Part shown: positions 7,969 to 18,608 of the stretch, piece by piece
How positions within the stretch are numbered: the stretch's first letter is position 1
Layout of the letters: every line of letters starts with the position of its first letter
Source of the DNA: an uncultured Verrucomicrobiae bacterium
GTDB taxonomy: Bacteria; Verrucomicrobiota; Verrucomicrobiia; Chthoniobacterales; UBA10450
Length of the DNA: 64,000 nt
Reading direction: 5' to 3'
Assembly (NCBI GenBank): GCA_963763995.1
Contig: CAVXQL010000010.1
Coordinates: forward strand, 24,187 to 88,186
Position numbers and translations under genes: made by a program
The notes under the pieces: generated by a model
What the model was told of the DNA's origin: nothing
What the model saw: the letters and a program-made list of their open reading frames with translations, nothing else
The model's database searches: none

Positions 7969-10746
7969 ATGTCCAAATCCCTCATCATCGCCGAGAAACC
8001 CAGCGTCGCCGGGGATATCGCTCGCGTGCTCAAAGTTCCGAAGAAGGGGGATCACTTCGAAAACGAAGAGTATGTCATTTCGTCCGCCCTTGGTCATGTC
8101 GTTGAATTTCTGATGCCGGAAGACATCGACAAAAAGAAATACGGCTTCTGGCGGCTCGAGACGTTGCCGATCATTCCGGAGAAATTTGACCTTAAGCCAA
8201 TCGAGCACGTGAAGGACCGATTCGCGCATCTGAAAAAACTGATCGCGCGAAAGGACATTAGCGAAGTTGTGAATGCGTGCGATGCCGGGCGGGAAGGCGA
8301 GCTCATCTTTGTCAACCTCGCGCAGCTTGCGAAAAACAAGCACCCGGTGAAACGCCTCTGGTTGCAATCGATGACGCCGCAAGCAATTCGCGACGGTTTT
8401 CGGCATTTGCGTGATGGCGCGGAGATGGGGGCCTTTGCCGATGCCGCGCGTTCGCGCAGCGAAAGCGATTGGCTCATCGGCATCAACGGCACGCGCGCGA
8501 TCACGAAAAGAATGTTCGGCTCCCGCGCCGGTAACGTCGCTTCGGTTGGTCGTGTGCAGACGCCGACGCTGGCGATCGTTTACCAGCGCGAATTGGAGAT
8601 TCGGAATTTCAAACCGCGTGCCTACTGGCGTGTGGCCGCGAAATTTGAAATCGCCCAGGGCACTTACGAAGGCACGTATCAGCGCGCCGATTTCAGGCGC
8701 AACGACGACGAGCACGATCGCATCGATCGCATTTGGGACCGGGCTACGGCGGAAGCCGTTGTCGCCGCGTGCCAGGGGCATCCGCTCGCCAGCGTTTCCG
8801 AGGAAAAGAAAGCCAGCTCGCAAATTTCCCCGCGGCTTTACGATCTGACAACGTTGCAGCGAGAGGCCAACGGGCGCTTCGGATTTTCCGCCAAGCGCAC
8901 GCTCCAAATCGCCCAGGCACTTTACGAGCGGCACAAGATGCTGACGTATCCGCGCACCGATTCGCGCGCGTTGCCGGAGGATTACCAGCCGGTCGTGCGG
9001 GAAACGTTGGGTAACCTTGGCGGTTCGTTGCGAACGCATGCGCAGAAAGCGCTCGCTCAAGGCTATGTCCGGCCTAACAAGCGCATTTTTAATAACGCGC
9101 AGATCGGCGATCACTTTGCGATCATTCCAACCGCGTCCGAAGTGAAAAGCCTCGATGAAGCTGAAACGAAAATTTACGACATGGTGGCGCGCCGATTCAT
9201 CGCGGCATTTTTCCCGGCTGCGGAATTCGACGTGACCACGCGCTTCAGTCAGATCGCGACGCACAAATTCAAGACCGAAGGCAAAGTGCTCACCTCGGCC
9301 GGCTGGCTCGAAGTTTATGGCAAGAGCACGGTCGACGGGGATTCGGGTAAAGCGCTGCCGGCATTAGTCGCGGAAGACAAAAATAAGGCGAAGACGATCG
9401 AGGCCAACTTGGAGAGCGAATTCACGAAACCGCCGCCGCGTTACACCGAAGCGACGCTCCTTTCCGCGATGGAGACGGCGGGAAAATTAGTCGAAGACGA
9501 AGACGCGGCGGAAGCGATGAAGGAGCGCGGTCTCGGCACACCTGCGACGCGCGCGAATATTATCGATGAGTTGATCGATAAGAATTACATGGATCGCCTG
9601 CAGCGTGAACTTGTCCCGACCACAAAGGCTGAGCAGCTCATTCAATTCCTCACTGCGGTAAAGGCGACCGACATCACCAGCCCGGCGATGACGGGCGAAT
9701 GGGAACATCAACTGCGTTTGATGGAGCAGGGGAAATTTCCGCGCGAGAAATTCATGGCGGAAATCGTCGAGGAGACGAAAGGCATCGTCGAACGTGTCAA
9801 AGGATTCGAGGAAGACGATTCGATCGCGCGCGAGACCAATATTCTTTCGCCGACGGACGAGAAGCCACTGCGCGAGACCTTGCGCGGTTACAAGTCGCAA
9901 GATGGCGAGTTCATGATCTACAAGGTCATCGGCGGCCGCAAAATGGAAGAGGCCGAAGTGCGCGAGTTGGTCGAGAAGGGTGTCGTCGGACCGCTCGACG
10001 GATTCGTTTCCGCCAAGACCCGGGCCAGCTTCTCTGCCGCGCTCAAACTGGTGAAGGACGAAAAGACCGGAAAGTGGAAAGCCGAGTACGATTTTGGCGA
10101 CAAAGTCGATTTGGGGTCGGTTGAGCCCTTCTGGACCGATTCGGCGACCGGCGCGGAATTATGCGAAGTCGGCTCCAATTACGTGCTGCGCGAACGCGAA
10201 AATGGGGAATGGAAGCAATCATTCCGAGTTCCGCGTCTCATGTGCAAGAAAGAGGTTTCACGGGAGCAAGCCGTGCAGCTCGTCGAGAAGGGCAAGACCG
10301 ATTTAATCAAAGGTTTCATTTCGAAAAAAGGCCGGCCCTTCGATGCGTTTCTCGTGCGTAGCGATGCCCGAATCCGTTGGGAATTTCCGCCCCGTGCACC
10401 GAAGACCGGGAAGGACGGTAAACCCGTCGAACGCAAGCCCCGGGCCAAAGTGGATCTCTCCAAGGCCAACGTCATCGGCGAGAGCAAAGTGCACCAGGGA
10501 GAGCTGGTGGAGCTGGACGGCACGTACTACGTGCGCAAACCGGAGCAGGACAACCGGCAAGTTTTTAAATTAGCGAAGAAACTTTGCGAGCGTGAAATCA
10601 CGGCGGACGAAGTAAAAGAACTTCTCATTGAAGGAAGGTCGCCACTCATCGAAGACTTCGTTTCCAAACGCGGAAACAAGTTCGCGGCTCACCTCGTCCT
10701 CTCCAAGAAAAAAGACAAAGCCGAGTTCGAATTTCCTCCGCGTTAG
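7969..10746 (+). CDS. topB: type IA DNA topoisomerase, topoisomerase III-like, with three C-terminal Topo_C repeats
   Basis: 925 aa. Contains LIIAEKPSVA, DAGREGELIF, WLQSMT and SDWLIGINGTRA, as in TopB. The C-terminus carries three copies of the G(F)xSK(K/R)GxxFxAxLxL...(E)F(E)FPPR module. Confidence 0.88.
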   Translation: MSKSLIIAEKPSVAGDIARVLKVPKKGDHFENEEYVISSALGHVVEFLMPEDIDKKKYGFWRLETLPIIPEKFDLKPIEHVKDRFAHLKKLIARKDISEVVNACDAGREGELIFVNLAQLAKNKHPVKRLWLQSMTPQAIRDGFRHLRDGAEMGAFADAARSRSESDWLIGINGTRAITKRMFGSRAGNVASVGRVQTPTLAIVYQRELEIRNFKPRAYWRVAAKFEIAQGTYEGTYQRADFRRNDDEHDRIDRIWDRATAEAVVAACQGHPLASVSEEKKASSQISPRLYDLTTLQREANGRFGFSAKRTLQIAQALYERHKMLTYPRTDSRALPEDYQPVVRETLGNLGGSLRTHAQKALAQGYVRPNKRIFNNAQIGDHFAIIPTASEVKSLDEAETKIYDMVARRFIAAFFPAAEFDVTTRFSQIATHKFKTEGKVLTSAGWLEVYGKSTVDGDSGKALPALVAEDKNKAKTIEANLESEFTKPPPRYTEATLLSAMETAGKLVEDEDAAEAMKERGLGTPATRANIIDELIDKNYMDRLQRELVPTTKAEQLIQFLTAVKATDITSPAMTGEWEHQLRLMEQGKFPREKFMAEIVEETKGIVERVKGFEEDDSIARETNILSPTDEKPLRETLRGYKSQDGEFMIYKVIGGRKMEEAEVRELVEKGVVGPLDGFVSAKTRASFSAALKLVKDEKTGKWKAEYDFGDKVDLGSVEPFWTDSATGAELCEVGSNYVLRERENGEWKQSFRVPRLMCKKEVSREQAVQLVEKGKTDLIKGFISKKGRPFDAFLVRSDARIRWEFPPRAPKTGKDGKPVERKPRAKVDLSKANVIGESKVHQGELVELDGTYYVRKPEQDNRQVFKLAKKLCEREITADEVKELLIEGRSPLIEDFVSKRGNKFAAHLVLSKKKDKAEFEFPPR

Positions 10747-10757
10747 GACGGTTCCAC

Positions 10758-11741
10758 CTAGTCCCTCCCTTGTTGCACGATTTGGTTTAGGCGGAAGCCA
10801 TCAATGTCGGTCTTGATCTGAATCCAGATCGGGAGGTGGTCGGACATCTGAAAGGTGAACTTGTCGCGGGTGTAATTCTTGCCCGGGAAAAGTTCGTCGA
10901 TGTGGGCGTTGTCGATGAAGAAGTCGAGTGCGCCGCCGTGATTGGTGAAGTTTTCCGGCACGGTCGGGAGATGGAGGATTTGATCGTAGCGAGCGTCGAA
11001 ACCGAGGTTCGAGCCTCCAATAACGCGATCGCCGACAGTGAGCTGGACCAAGGGCTTGGGAACTTTCAAACCGTGACTAACGAGCGCACCGAAGATTGGG
11101 TCGGTGAGTTTGGGCGTGTTGAAATCGCCCACGACGAGGAGATCGTGATCTTCGATAAACTTGTTCTTGAACCGCGTGTCGATCCAATCGGAGAGCATTT
11201 GCAGTTCGGCCTGACGCGCGGCGAGGCTATCGCCCCACCGCGCATGGGTGGCGATGGCGATGAAATCGAAATTACCCGCGCGAAAGGCGCACATGTACGG
11301 GGCGCGCCAAAAAGATTGCGTCGCCAGATACTCCTCGGTTTTCTTCGAGCGCGGGGCGTCGATCTCGGCAGCCAGGCCGTTGTGGGTGACGGCGCGTCGG
11401 TCGAAGAGAAACGCGACGCGCTCCTTGTTTCCGCCACTGTCGTCGATCCAATCGGAGTAGACGATTCTCCAAGACGTGCCGAGGTAGCGGAGGACGCGTC
11501 CGAGGTCTTCCAAATTATCGCGCAACTCGACGATCGCGATGAGATCGAATTGGTTCAGAATTTCGGCGATGTAATGAATTGCCGGTTCGGTGCGGCGCAC
11601 CTTTCCAAACTCGCGAATGTTCCAAACCGCGATGTTGATCGATTCGTCGAGCTTCGACGGCGGAATTTTTGCGGCCTCGATGCGCTTTCTTAATGCGAGC
11701 AGACCGGCGGCGATTTCTGGAGTGACGGGTCCGTGATGCAT
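10758..11741 (-). CDS. endonuclease/exonuclease/phosphatase (EEP, DNase I-like) family protein
   Basis: 327 aa. Contains IAVWNIREFG, LIAIVELRD, VVGDFN and SDHLPIW motifs in EEP order. No signal peptide. Confidence 0.8.
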   Translation of the reverse strand: MHHGPVTPEIAAGLLALRKRIEAAKIPPSKLDESINIAVWNIREFGKVRRTEPAIHYIAEILNQFDLIAIVELRDNLEDLGRVLRYLGTSWRIVYSDWIDDSGGNKERVAFLFDRRAVTHNGLAAEIDAPRSKKTEEYLATQSFWRAPYMCAFRAGNFDFIAIATHARWGDSLAARQAELQMLSDWIDTRFKNKFIEDHDLLVVGDFNTPKLTDPIFGALVSHGLKVPKPLVQLTVGDRVIGGSNLGFDARYDQILHLPTVPENFTNHGGALDFFIDNAHIDELFPGKNYTRDKFTFQMSDHLPIWIQIKTDIDGFRLNQIVQQGRD

Positions 11742-11975
11742 GGCGTAATTCTCACGAGAATGTTTTACACGGTCGAGCGACCAATTGCACGCTTCTATGA
11801 TCGACCGCCGGTCGAAGCGGCGACTGACTTTGAAATTGTCAGTGCGCTACTCCGAAAATTTCGGCAACACCTGTGCGAAGATGAGGTGCCAAAAATCATT
11901 TTGAAGATTCAGAGAATATTCTCCGCAAAGCATTGACGCCACAACTTATGGTGTGTTAGTAAGGCCTCCGACACT

Positions 11976-12482
11976 ATGCGTTGTCCAAAGTGCGGATTCA
12001 GAGATGACAAGGTCATCGATTCCCGCCAATCTCGCGACAGCTCCAGCATTCGCCGCCGGCGGGTTTGCTTGCAGTGCGCATTTCGGTTTACCACCTATGA
12101 GCAAATTGAGCGCTCCGATCTCCGCGTGATCAAGCGCGACCGCACCCACGAAATCTTCGATCGTCGCAAACTCGTGAACAGTTTAGCGAAGGCCTGCGAG
12201 AAGCGATCAATCAGTCTGGTTACGCTCGAGCAGGCGGTGGACGAAATCGTGCATGAGCTCGAGACCAGCGGGCGGGAGATTCCGTCGACACTGATCGGGA
12301 CGAAGGTGCTGGAGAAATTGCGCGAAATCGATGAAGTGGCGTATCTCCGTTACGCGTCAGTGCATCGACGTTTCGAAGATGTCGATCAATTTGTCGACGC
12401 CATCCAAATGCTCGGTCGCCGTGTAAAACCGAACGCTCTTCAGCGTGAATTATTCAACGAGGAGACACATGGTCGCGTTTAA
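11976..12482 (+). CDS. nrdR: transcriptional repressor NrdR
   Basis: 168 aa with a zinc ribbon (MRCPKCGFRDDKVIDSRQ...CLQCAFRFTTYE) followed by an ATP-cone. Confidence 0.95.
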   Translation: MRCPKCGFRDDKVIDSRQSRDSSSIRRRRVCLQCAFRFTTYEQIERSDLRVIKRDRTHEIFDRRKLVNSLAKACEKRSISLVTLEQAVDEIVHELETSGREIPSTLIGTKVLEKLREIDEVAYLRYASVHRRFEDVDQFVDAIQMLGRRVKPNALQRELFNEETHGRV

Positions 12483-13029
12483 AGAGGAATTTCCTTACCT
12501 GCGCTGCGCCTCAGGTCAGCTTTTCGAGTTCAATCAGAAATGGTTGCACGCCGCGATCACGCGCGCGGCCGATCAGGCCGGATACCCGAGTTGGTGGCTG
12601 ACCGATCACATCACAGAGAGTATCGCGTTTTATCTGCGATTGAGAAACGACGAGCCAGTCGTTGCGTTCGATCAGCTTTCGCAAACCGTGCGCTATGTTC
12701 TCAAAGTCATCGGTTACAAGGAAATCGTTCCTTACTTTTCGCCGCCGCCGCCCCCGATTGCCATCTCGCTTCTGGAAATCGCGGTCGAGGCTGGGTCCGG
12801 TTATGAACTCGCTTTTTTCGACGGTCTTGAAAAGCGCATGAACGCTTTGATGCAAACTGGAACGCACACCTTAAACCTGTTTGGCCTGCAGGCGTGCGTG
12901 AAGCATCTCCGTGGTGCGAAAATGTGGAGCCGGCCTTGCGACGCTCTTCGCGAGGAAATCGTTTGTTTTATTCGGGAGAAACTCGGCTCTCTGGGCGATC
13001 CAGCCGAGCTGAACTGTTCGCTGCAGTAG
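12469..13029 (+). CDS. hypothetical protein
   Basis: Start taken at ATG 12469 (MVAFKEEFPYLRC...), which overlaps the nrdR 3' end by 14 nt. 186 aa; I recognise no family. Confidence 0.5.
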   Translation: MVAFKEEFPYLRCASGQLFEFNQKWLHAAITRAADQAGYPSWWLTDHITESIAFYLRLRNDEPVVAFDQLSQTVRYVLKVIGYKEIVPYFSPPPPPIAISLLEIAVEAGSGYELAFFDGLEKRMNALMQTGTHTLNLFGLQACVKHLRGAKMWSRPCDALREEIVCFIREKLGSLGDPAELNCSLQ

Positions 13030-13047
13030 GTCAAAGGTACGAACGGC

Positions 13048-13386
13048 ATGACCGTTTTCGAAAAGATCATTCGCCGGGAAATTCCGGCGAAAATCGTTTA
13101 CGAAGACGATGACGTAATCGCCTTTCATGATGTCAATCCGCAGGCGCCGGTGCATGTGCTCGTCATTCCCAAGCACAGCATTCAGCGACTGGCTGAGGCG
13201 ACGGTGGCCGATCAATCTCTGCTCGGGAAATTGCTGCTCACGGCAAGAATCGTGGCCGAAAAACTGGATCTTTCAAGAAGCGGGTACCGCGTTGTCATCA
13301 ATAGCGGACCAGATGCAGGTGAAAGCGTTCCGCATTTGCATCTGCACGTTTTGGGCAAACGCGCGCTTGCCTGGCCGCCGGGATAG
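13048..13386 (+). CDS. HIT-family (histidine triad) nucleotide hydrolase
   Basis: 112 aa. Contains MTVFEKIIRREIPAKIVYEDDDVIAFHDVNPQAPVHVLVIPK and the HLHLHV triad. Confidence 0.92.
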   Translation: MTVFEKIIRREIPAKIVYEDDDVIAFHDVNPQAPVHVLVIPKHSIQRLAEATVADQSLLGKLLLTARIVAEKLDLSRSGYRVVINSGPDAGESVPHLHLHVLGKRALAWPPG

Positions 13387-13423
13387 GTCGGGATGGCACG
13401 TCGCGCCATCTTGGAAATGCGGA

Positions 13424-13448
13424 GGACGCCGCAGCGCGGCGTCCCTAC
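13424..13448 (-). repeat. REP-like unit (GTAG + GC-rich hairpin)
   Basis: The bottom strand reads GTAGGGACGCCGC-gct-GCGGCGTCC. It sits between the convergent HIT and L,D-transpeptidase genes. Related units lie at 41600-41624 and 41658-41696. Confidence 0.7.
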
Positions 13449-14042
13449 CTACTCCATTACGATAACGGGGGTATCATCGGTGGCGGCTTCAAAGAAATGT
13501 TGCGCCATTTCGGCGGGCATGCGGATGCAGCCGTGTGAGGCCCGGTAGCGCGGAACGAAGCCGGCGTGCATCCCGTATCCACGAGTGAAACGCAAAAAGT
13601 ACGGCATTCTTGCTCCTTGGAACTCGGCTCCCGGAGGTCGGGGATCCTTGGTCACATCGACATTCTTTTTCACGATCTCGCCCGATTCGTCGACGTATTC
13701 GCCGTAGAGATTCGAGACATGATGCTCATCCTTCTGGATGACTCGATATTTTCCGGGCGGCGTCTCAAAACCTTTGCGGCCAGTGGAAATGTTCGATTCG
13801 CCGATCAACGTTTTTCCCTTGTAAAAGAAAGCGCGTTGTTCGTTCAGGTGAATGACAATTTTCGGAGCGCCATCGACATCGTCCCCATTCCAGTAAGCTG
13901 GCATTGGTCTCGGTGCGGCCTGCTTCGTTTTCATCACGTCCGCTTGCGCGGGCTTCTGCGCTTCCTCGAAATCGGCGCACCCTGAACAAATCAGAAGGGT
14001 GGCGAAGGCGACGCCGAAGAGTGAAAAACGCAAAGCGCTCAT
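13449..14042 (-). CDS. L,D-transpeptidase (YkuD) lipoprotein
   Basis: 197 aa with a lipobox LLICSGC and the catalytic motif SHGCIRM. Confidence 0.88.
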   Translation of the reverse strand: MSALRFSLFGVAFATLLICSGCADFEEAQKPAQADVMKTKQAAPRPMPAYWNGDDVDGAPKIVIHLNEQRAFFYKGKTLIGESNISTGRKGFETPPGKYRVIQKDEHHVSNLYGEYVDESGEIVKKNVDVTKDPRPPGAEFQGARMPYFLRFTRGYGMHAGFVPRYRASHGCIRMPAEMAQHFFEAATDDTPVIVME

Positions 14043-14178
14043 TTTGAGATACGCATATGTAATGTCGGTCCGGTCGGATTCAATTCCAAAGCCGGATCGA
14101 TAAATAGACGCGAGGCAAGCGGCGCGCCTTATTGAAAGCGCGGTTATGGGCGGACATGTGCCGTAAGGAGAGCGGCTT

Positions 14179-17100
14179 CTAGGCCACTCGGCCGCAGCAG
14201 TTCTTGTATTTCTTCCCGCTGCCGCACGGGCACGGATCGTTCCGGCCGACTTTTGGCATTCCGCGACGGACAGGCTGAAGCTCGAGTTTTACCTCCGAGC
14301 CATCGCCATTGCCTTCCACACTGGAGCCGATCTGCTCCGGCCGGCGCCCAGGGACGGGGCCGGTTGCCGTTCCTCCTGTGGGTGCTTGTTCGCGGAGGAG
14401 AAACTGCGGGAGAGTCGAGAGAAAAGTCTCGAAAGCCTGCAGATTCGATGTGCTGCGGAAAAGATTGTGCAGCACTTCGTTCTTAATGTTCGCCATCAGC
14501 TCAACGAACATGTCGTAGGCTTCGGTCTTGTATTCCACGAGCGGGTCCTTTTGCGCATAACTGCGCAAATAGACGCCTTCGCGCAGCGCATCCATGGCAT
14601 AAAGATGCTCCTGCCAGAGGCGATCAATCGCGTTGAGAATGATGTAACGCTCGAGGCTTTTCACGGCCGTCGCCTCCTCGTGGCTCGACTTGCGCTCGTA
14701 CGAGTCCTTGATCTTCTCGATCAGAAATTGCGTATTTTCCTCAACCGTGCGCGTCTCAAACTGCGCTTTGTCTTTTGTTAGGCCGAGCGGGAAGGTCGTG
14801 TTGATCCAATTCAGAAGCCCGGCGTAATTAACCTCTTCTCCGGCCGCGCCGGTGCCGAGAAATTCTTTCACCTTGGCCGGAACCGCTTCGTCGATGACTT
14901 CGAAAACGAGCTTCCGCGGTTCCTCCGAATCGATCGTGTCGTTGCGATAGGTGTAAACGACTTCGCGCTGATTGTTCATCACGTCGTCGAAATCGAGCGT
15001 GCGTTTGCGCGCGAGATAATTCCGCTGCTCCACACGCTTCTGCGCGGTCTCGACCGACTTGTTCAACCATGGATGTTCCAGCTCCTGGCCCTCTTCCAGA
15101 CCGAAGCGTTCCATGATTTTGGTCATGCGATCAGCCGCGCCGAAATTGCGCATGAGATCGTCCTCGAAGCTGACGTAGAAACGCGTCGCGCCCGGATCGC
15201 CCTGTCGCGCACAACGGCCGCGCAACTGTCGATCGATGCGACGCGATTCGTGGCGCTCGGTGCCGATGACGTAGAGCCCGCCGCGACCGGCCACCCCGTC
15301 GCCGAGTTTGATGTCGGTGCCGCGGCCCGCCATGTTCGTGGAAATCGTGACCGTGCCCGATTGTCCCGCGCGAGCCACGATCTCCGCTTCCTGCATGTGA
15401 TACTTCGCATTCAGAACGTTGTGCGGAATTTTCTCCCGCTTCAGCATGCGGCTGAGCAACTCGGAAGCTTCCACGCTGACGGTTCCGACGAGGACAGGCT
15501 GCTGCCGCGCGTGACATTCTTTGATCTCGTTGATGACCGCGTTGTATTTTTCCCGGCGAGTTTTGTAGATGCGATCGTTCGCATCCTTTCGTGCCACGGG
15601 CCGGTTCGTCGGCACCACTGAGACATCCAGTTTGTAGATGTCGTGAAATTCGCTCGCCTCCGTCTCGGCGGTGCCGGTCATGCCCGCGAGTTTGTGATAG
15701 AGCCGGAAATAATTCTGAATGGTGATTGTCGCGAGCGTCTGCGTTTCGCGATCGATTTGCACCCCTTCCTTCGCTTCCACCGCCTGATGCAAGCCGTCGC
15801 TCCAGCGCCGTCCCGGCATTTTGCGGCCGGTGTACTCATCGACGATGACAACCTTATTTTCTTCAACTACGTAAGCGACATCCTTCTCGAACAGACAATA
15901 CGCGCGCAGCAACTGCGAGATGTTGTGAATGCGCTCGCCCTGGACATCGCAAATCTGCTGCCGCTCCGCTTTCATTCGCTCTTTTTCCTCGTCGGAGAGC
16001 GCCGTGTTGACATCGATATCGGTGAATTCGCTGATCAAATCCGGTAGCACGAACGCATTCGGGTCGTCGGGATTCATGAAGCTCCGGCCTTGCTCGGAGA
16101 GATCGGTTTCGTTCGATTTCTCATCGATGGTGAAGAAAAGCTCCTCCTTCAGAGCGAAGAGGTCCTCTTTCCGTGAGTCCTGATAAAACTGCAGCTCGGC
16201 TTTATCGACCGCCTTTCGTTTCTCCGGATCCTCCATCATCCGCAAGAGCGGCTTGTTGCGCGGTTGCCCCAGTTTCACCTTGAACATAAGCAAACCGCCG
16301 GCTTCGATATCGCCCGCATCGAATTTCTCTTTCGCCTCACTCGCCAGGCGATTGCAGAGCATGTTTTGCTTGCGCACCAGCTGTTCCACCAGTGGCTTCC
16401 ATTTATCGTACTGATGTGTCGAGACCGTCGCCGGCCCGCTGATAATCAAAGGCGTGCGCGCTTCATCGATCAGAATGGAATCAACTTCGTCGACGATCGC
16501 GTAATTGTATCCGCGCTGGACCTGCTGCTCGCGCGTCGTCGCCATGCCGTTGTCGCGCAGATAATCGAAGCCGAATTCTGAGTTCGTTCCGTAGGTGATA
16601 TCCATCGCGTATTGCGCGCGACGAACTTCCGGCGATTGATCGTGCTGGATGCAACCGCAGGTCAGCCCGAGAAAGGAATAGAGCTGGCCCATCCATTCGG
16701 CGTCGCGACGGGCGAGGTAGTCGTTCACCGTCACAAGATGCGCGCCCTTCCCGGTGAGCGCGTTTAAGTAGAGCGGTAGCGTCGCGACCAAAGTCTTACC
16801 TTCGCCGGTGGCCATTTCCGCGATGCGGCCGCGATGGAGAACGATCCCGCCCACGAGCTGGACGTCGAAGTGCACCATGTTCCACGTCATCGGCTGATCG
16901 CAGACGTCAAAAGTGTGTTGGCGCTCCGTCAATCGCCGAGCGGCATTTTTCACCAACGCAAACGCCTCAGGCAAAATCTCATCCAGCTTTGCCCATTGGT
17001 CTGGCAACTCCGGAATCGCAGCAAGCTGCTGCTTCCACTCAGTCGTTTTTGCGCGAAGATCGTCGTCCGAAAGCGCCTTGAACTTTTCGTCAAACTCGTT

Positions 17101-17184
17101 AATGCGCAGTACGAGCGGGTTCAGACGCTTGATCTCGCGCTGATTCTTCGATCCGAGTATCTTCTTTAAAATCCAGCCAACCAT
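14179..17184 (-). CDS. secA: preprotein translocase ATPase SecA
   Basis: 1001 aa. Contains [14 protein letters not shown] and [19 protein letters not shown] (Walker B), plus the C-terminal zinc motif [14 protein letters not shown]. Confidence 0.98.
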   Translation of the reverse strand: MVGWILKKILGSKNQREIKRLNPLVLRINEFDEKFKALSDDDLRAKTTEWKQQLAAIPELPDQWAKLDEILPEAFALVKNAARRLTERQHTFDVCDQPMTWNMVHFDVQLVGGIVLHRGRIAEMATGEGKTLVATLPLYLNALTGKGAHLVTVNDYLARRDAEWMGQLYSFLGLTCGCIQHDQSPEVRRAQYAMDITYGTNSEFGFDYLRDNGMATTREQQVQRGYNYAIVDEVDSILIDEARTPLIISGPATVSTHQYDKWKPLVEQLVRKQNMLCNRLASEAKEKFDAGDIEAGGLLMFKVKLGQPRNKPLLRMMEDPEKRKAVDKAELQFYQDSRKEDLFALKEELFFTIDEKSNETDLSEQGRSFMNPDDPNAFVLPDLISEFTDIDVNTALSDEEKERMKAERQQICDVQGERIHNISQLLRAYCLFEKDVAYVVEENKVVIVDEYTGRKMPGRRWSDGLHQAVEAKEGVQIDRETQTLATITIQNYFRLYHKLAGMTGTAETEASEFHDIYKLDVSVVPTNRPVARKDANDRIYKTRREKYNAVINEIKECHARQQPVLVGTVSVEASELLSRMLKREKIPHNVLNAKYHMQEAEIVARAGQSGTVTISTNMAGRGTDIKLGDGVAGRGGLYVIGTERHESRRIDRQLRGRCARQGDPGATRFYVSFEDDLMRNFGAADRMTKIMERFGLEEGQELEHPWLNKSVETAQKRVEQRNYLARKRTLDFDDVMNNQREVVYTYRNDTIDSEEPRKLVFEVIDEAVPAKVKEFLGTGAAGEEVNYAGLLNWINTTFPLGLTKDKAQFETRTVEENTQFLIEKIKDSYERKSSHEEATAVKSLERYIILNAIDRLWQEHLYAMDALREGVYLRSYAQKDPLVEYKTEAYDMFVELMANIKNEVLHNLFRSTSNLQAFETFLSTLPQFLLREQAPTGGTATGPVPGRRPEQIGSSVEGNGDGSEVKLELQPVRRGMPKVGRNDPCPCGSGKKYKNCCGRVA

Positions 17185-17333
17185 CGGGTTTTTAATATCG
17201 ACGAGATTCTCTCACGATCAATTGTCTCCGAGATTTCGCGCAAAAGGTCGCAATTGGCGCGAAGTTCCAAAATGTTATCAGTGTGTCCGTTGTGTTCATT
17301 GTGCGAAATGCTTTTCCAGCTAGAATCGAGCGC

Positions 17334-17759
17334 ATGAAGCAAGTCATTTCCACGAAAGACGCGCCCGCAGCCGTTGGACCCTATTCGCAAGCCATCCGTT
17401 TCGGAGCGATGGTCTTTTGCGCGGGCCAAATTCCGCTCAATCCGCAAAGCGGGCAGATCGAAGTCCAGGACGTGGGCGAGCAGGCCAAGCGTGTGCTGGA
17501 GAACCTCGGCGCCGTCCTCAGGGAAGCCCGGCTCAATTTTTCCAACGTGGTGAAGACGACGGTTTTCCTGACCGACCTGGCTGATTTCCAGACGGTGAAT
17601 GAAATTTATGCCGGCTATTTTCGCGAAAATCCGCCGGCGCGATCGACCGTTCAGGTTTCCGCTTTGCCCAAGGGCGCGCGGGTCGAGATCGAAGCGATTG
17701 CGATGGCCGATGAAAACAGAGCCTTGAGCGGCAAGACGGTAGGCGATACATCCGGGTAG
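17334..17759 (+). CDS. ridA: RidA/YjgF-family enamine-imine deaminase
   Basis: Start taken at ATG 17334 (MKQVISTKDAPAAVGPYSQAI...). Contains ARSTVQVSALPKGARVEIEAIA. Confidence 0.88.
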   Translation: MKQVISTKDAPAAVGPYSQAIRFGAMVFCAGQIPLNPQSGQIEVQDVGEQAKRVLENLGAVLREARLNFSNVVKTTVFLTDLADFQTVNEIYAGYFRENPPARSTVQVSALPKGARVEIEAIAMADENRALSGKTVGDTSG

Positions 17760-17796
17760 TTCAGTCGCCGTGAAAGCGTTTTGCAGTTTTCTTTCC

Positions 17797-17945
17797 GGGG
17801 AGCGCACCCGGCTCGCGTGTCCTTCGCGGCGGCTCGCCGCGAGGAACCTTCGATTCATTCGCAGCTCTGTCGCGTGTCATGTAAAGGAAGTTCACGAGGG
17901 CGGGCCGCCCCCGCCAGCACGAGAGCCGCGTGCGCTCCCCAGAGT
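17797..17945. repeat. inverted-repeat element upstream of pyrE
   Basis: The arm GGGGAGCGCACCCGGCTCGCGTG (17797-17819) matches the reverse complement of CACGAGAGCCGCGTGCGCTCCCC (17918-17940) at 21 of 23 positions. The right 58 nt (17888-17945) recur at 25761-25818. Confidence 0.7.
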
Positions 17946-17948
17946 CGG

Positions 17949-18515
17949 ATGAGCGAAGATCTCCTCGCGTTGTTTCGCAAGACGGGAGCGTTGCTCGACG
18001 GGCATTTCGTCCTGCGCTCCGGATTGCACAGCCGCCAATTCTTCCAATGCGCAATCCTGCTCCAGCACACAGATATTGCCGCCCGGGTCTGCGGAATGCT
18101 CGCGGGCAAGATACGCGGCATCAGCTGCGACGCGGTGATTTCTCCGGCACTCGGTGGAATCATTGTCGGTCAGGAAGTGGGCCGCGCTCTTGGGAAGCGA
18201 CACATCTTTGCGGAAAAAGATGCCGGCGGCCTCGTTCTGCGGCGCGGATTCAAGATCACGCCTAACGAGACATTTGTTGTCGCTGAAGATGTGGTAACGC
18301 GCGGCGGACGTGTTCAGCAAACAATCGATATTGTACGCGAAAACGGCGGAGTGGTCGTCGCGGTAGCGGTGATCGTCGATCGCAGCGGCGGCAATCGCCC
18401 CGACTTTGGTTGTCCCTTTATCAGCTTGATCGAGATGAATGTTGAGACGTTCGCCGCGGATAGTTTACCTCCCGATCTGGCAAAGACGCCAGCGGTCAGA
18501 CCGGGAAGCAAATAG
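17949..18515 (+). CDS. pyrE: orotate phosphoribosyltransferase
   Basis: Start taken at ATG 17949 (MSEDLLALFRKTGALLDGHFVLRSGLHS). The PRPP loop is VVAEDVVTRGG. The upstream part of ORF 17781..18515 runs through the repeat. Confidence 0.9.
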   Translation: MSEDLLALFRKTGALLDGHFVLRSGLHSRQFFQCAILLQHTDIAARVCGMLAGKIRGISCDAVISPALGGIIVGQEVGRALGKRHIFAEKDAGGLVLRRGFKITPNETFVVAEDVVTRGGRVQQTIDIVRENGGVVVAVAVIVDRSGGNRPDFGCPFISLIEMNVETFAADSLPPDLAKTPAVRPGSK

Positions 18516-18540
18516 TCGCGATGCGTTGGTGAACGCTTTC

Positions 18541-18569
18541 TTGACCTGTGCAGGCGCGCCCAATAATTT
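18541..18569 (+). promoter_or_regulatory. candidate sigma-70-type promoter for sdhCAB
   Basis: TTGACC, 17-nt spacer, TAATTT; 40 nt upstream of the sdhC GTG. Confidence 0.35.
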
Positions 18570-18608
18570 CATTCATCAACCGCGCCACTGCGCGAAAATA
18601 ATTCGCCT

